From: Lophium mytilinum
Lineage: Eukaryota
Assembly (NCBI GenBank): GCA_010093605.1
Contig: MU004194.1
Location: 1,526,323-1,590,322, forward strand
Length of the DNA: 64,000 nt
Reading direction: 5' to 3'
Shown here: positions 61,082 through 64,000 of the stretch, in pieces
How the letters are laid out: every line of letters begins with the position of its first letter
Position numbering within the stretch: position 1 is the first letter of the stretch
Made by a program: the position numbers and the translations under genes
Notes under the pieces: model-generated
Database searches by the model: none
Told to the model about the DNA's origin: nothing
What the model saw: the letters and a program-made list of their open reading frames with translations, nothing else

Positions 61082-64000
61082 GAGGTAATTAGTTCTTAGA
61101 CTAGAATAAGTCTTAACTCGCGCCATTAAAACGTCGGGCGTCTTCCTTTTAAATACGATGTAAATATAGCCTGGGCGCCTAAATAGCGTTGGAAAGAGGG
61201 GAGATGGTCGTTTCAAAGCTTTACATAATGGCTCCGTACGCGGTGACTATGGTGTATATAAGCCAAGCCTGGTTGTGAGTAAGCGGAGACGGGCCGCGTA
61301 ACAAGCGGTGGCTACGGCCTCAGCGACTCTACCGAGACTGCCGGCAGAGGCTGGGTGATGCAGGTTGTGGCTGGAGATGCAGGTGACGTATCGTGGTGTT
61401 GAGGGGCTGCGGAAACGGCCGCGCGGAATGAGGCCATGCGTTCTTCGCTTTCGCAATTCAAGACTTTGACTGCGCGATCCCTCCAGAAGCATCACGAGGA
61501 TTCTACCCGAGACTTTGTCTGGCCAAGTAAGCCACGACGGTGATGACATCGCAACAACGTGCGCACAGACGCATCTCAAAGATCAGATTAGAACTACGCG
61601 AAGCCAGATCGGGCGGCGTGCATCAAAAACGCATTTCAGAAGCCAAGAATAACTACAACAACCACAGCGAAGAGACGAAGGGAAGCGAAGCGCTCTTTTG
61701 CCGATGGTCTTCGTTGACCGCTGGCTTCTTTCGAGGCATTTCGATCGGCAATTGGACTTGGTCAGCATTCGAAGTGCGATTTGGATTGTTTGAGTTTTTA
61801 GCATCATGCAGAAGGTCCAGGGAGGCTAATTATGCGCCTTTGTGCTTGCTTTTGTAATCGCTGAGGTCGCGCATGCACAGCCCCCACCACGGCATATTCT
61901 ACACAAACAGCCGGTCCATACAGAGGATCACAGGATTGGAATTCGGGATGGTAAGTCGGGATTCGGCGTCACAATTTCATTTTTTGGATTTCAGTTCAAA
62001 TCCTGCCAGCACTGACATAGCTCTCGTTCTCCGAATGCAATGCCTTAATAGGGACTTGATTCACAGCGTTGCAATAGCCAGCTGCTGTCGAGCGACGAGT
62101 TCCCGTTTAGATAACTGAGATCTGACCACATCCATGCCCACGTACACAGAGATACCCACATCCGAACATGTATACAGCGCTATCTCGGAACAGCGCTTGT
62201 CTGACATCAGCCTCTGTCCCAAAGCAGCAGTCTTCGAGAAGCTATTTCGGCCCCAACCCGCCACTCTTGAGGCTGAAAACGGTGTCAGCCTCATCATCAC
62301 ACTGCTTCCTCCACCAACGACGGGTATCCCAGCCCTAGCACTCTCTCATCCTCGCTAACCGGGCGCCAGGGCCAACATAAAACCCACAAGATGAAGGACT
62401 AGGTAGACCATAAGCGGGCTCGCAAGCACGCACCACCTCATCTATCGAATTAACCCTCTTCCCACCAATCCCACGTCTTTCGCACTGTGTTCGTCTGCTT
62501 ACGAAGTCCCAGAAATAATGCTCCGGGCTACCAACCCCAGGAAAACAAGCCCATGTCCCAAGTTTAACTCCCGTGTTCACCGGCGCGCTCGATAACGGGC
62601 ACGCAACGGTCCATCCACAATGGGGAGCCGAGTCCGCGCTGCCATGACCTCATACGCCTGTATGCAGCCTATCACGCACGCACTCGTTAATTGGGAGTGG
62701 GAATTATCACGGTGAATTTAGAGGGTGCTGAGTAAACGTGCGGAATGGGCAACGTGCCCAGCCGAAGCGCTTAAAAATAGAGATCGGGGACGCTAGCGCA
62801 CACTAATCGGTGCCGTCTGTGCGCGGGGGGGCATCGTGCACCTTTTCGAACGACGTCGCTCCATCCGATCGTCGAGCAAAGAGAAGCCCGCCGAAGAGCC
62901 ACACCCCGCTTGCTGAAGATGACAGTTGTCGCGGCTCTAGTATAGCACTATCTACGCTTAGAGAATCTGCATGACGTTTCTACAGCCCGCCAGAACCTTC
63001 CCTGCCTTGGTAACTCTTCAACTAATAGCCACGCCAAGGGGAGAAGAGACACTTCGTATCGGATCCCCCCGTCTCTACCTCGAACTACGAGGGCCACTAG
63101 CTCCCCTAGAGGCGTCCGTTCCGCTAACTTCCCTATTCAAAGCATGCCAAATATATCCCCAAGCACTCCTCTGCGCGACTCGCTCGTTCTTGAGCCCTCG
63201 CTAACGAGCTCCAGACTCCCATCAAGCCACTGTCCCGAACAATTGCTGCAGTTGCTCAGTGCTTGCTCAGAGAACTGTCATGCCCGTCCCCATCATCTCC
63301 CTTCCCGCAAATCCCCTAATGCTGCCCTCACATGTAACTAGCTCGCTATACGAGAAATCATCCCATGCCTATTACTACCTACCCAGAGCTTGAGACATGA
63401 CAATTTCCTTCAGCTTGCTCACCGTTCGCCTGAGTCCGGTTGATCGTGCCCGTGTTCGCCTCCCTGCCTACTTTCTTGAACATACTACATATCACAACCC
63501 TTCCTCCACCCTCTTCATATCACTTGTCTCCGCCCCAAACCGACCACTTCCCTAATCCAATCCGGCCAAGACAGCCATCCATTACACAGCATCCATGAGG
63601 CTCCTATAAGCATCTGACAACCCACCTGCAGTCACCCACCGTGTCCCTGTCTCCAGATCGGCGGCGCCCCATCCGCCCCTTCGGTTCCTCTAGCCACCAG
63701 ACGCCCTCATCCTCTCACCGGCAGACAGCGCCCAGTCTCCACAGCCATCAGCGGCCGCCGGTTCGACCTGCCTCATCCCCCCGTCTCGGTGACCTCTTCT
63801 GGGGCCAAAAGCCAGGGCTCCCACACCACCACCTCTCCCATCCGAGTCCCGGGCGCCAGGTTACGCGAATCTGACTGAACGACATTCCCGTTGCCCAGCC
63901 AGACGGGTGCCGCTTCGTTTCGTGTCGTGTCTGCAGCCGTCCCACCTGGCCACAGCAGCATCCCTCGTCCTCAGCCCTCGCCCTACTCCCTCCTCTTGGC

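Noticed and set aside
61086..64000. Short ORFs at the right end
   Set aside because: None shows a recognisable domain or splice-consistent model; the region may be promoter/UTR of a gene beyond the window.

Overview
Genomic DNA of a filamentous ascomycete (Pezizomycotina; short GT-AG introns, strong RIP signature). All analysis was by eye; exon boundaries and repeat coordinates are approximate. The window has four zones. (1) 1-21.5 kb: a compact, backbone-less oxidative gene cluster with a TRI12-type MFS transporter, Zn2Cys6 regulator, Baeyer-Villiger monooxygenase, peroxisomal 4CL-like CoA ligase, two SDRs, ALDH, an EthD-like protein and a PRISE-type reductase. It includes a gene-free stretch holding four E-box/TATA modules arranged as two convergent pairs. 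(2) 21.9-47.3 kb: an accessory-looking island with a G-alpha paralog degenerate in all five G-boxes, a secreted 4xWSC protein, low-complexity proteins (three with BTB-like domains), and a family of degenerate non-coding repeats. That family forms a ~4.5 kb array at 41.3-45.9 kb and also occurs inverted at 37.4-37.6 kb, bracketing one BTB-like gene. (3) 47.9-51.2 kb: ordinary genes (calcineurin B, DUF1770-like, MDR reductase). (4) 51354-61081: a full-length, RIP-destroyed Ty3/Gypsy LTR retrotransposon with 205-bp LTRs and a GAGG target-site duplication. Nothing could be supported in the last ~3 kb.
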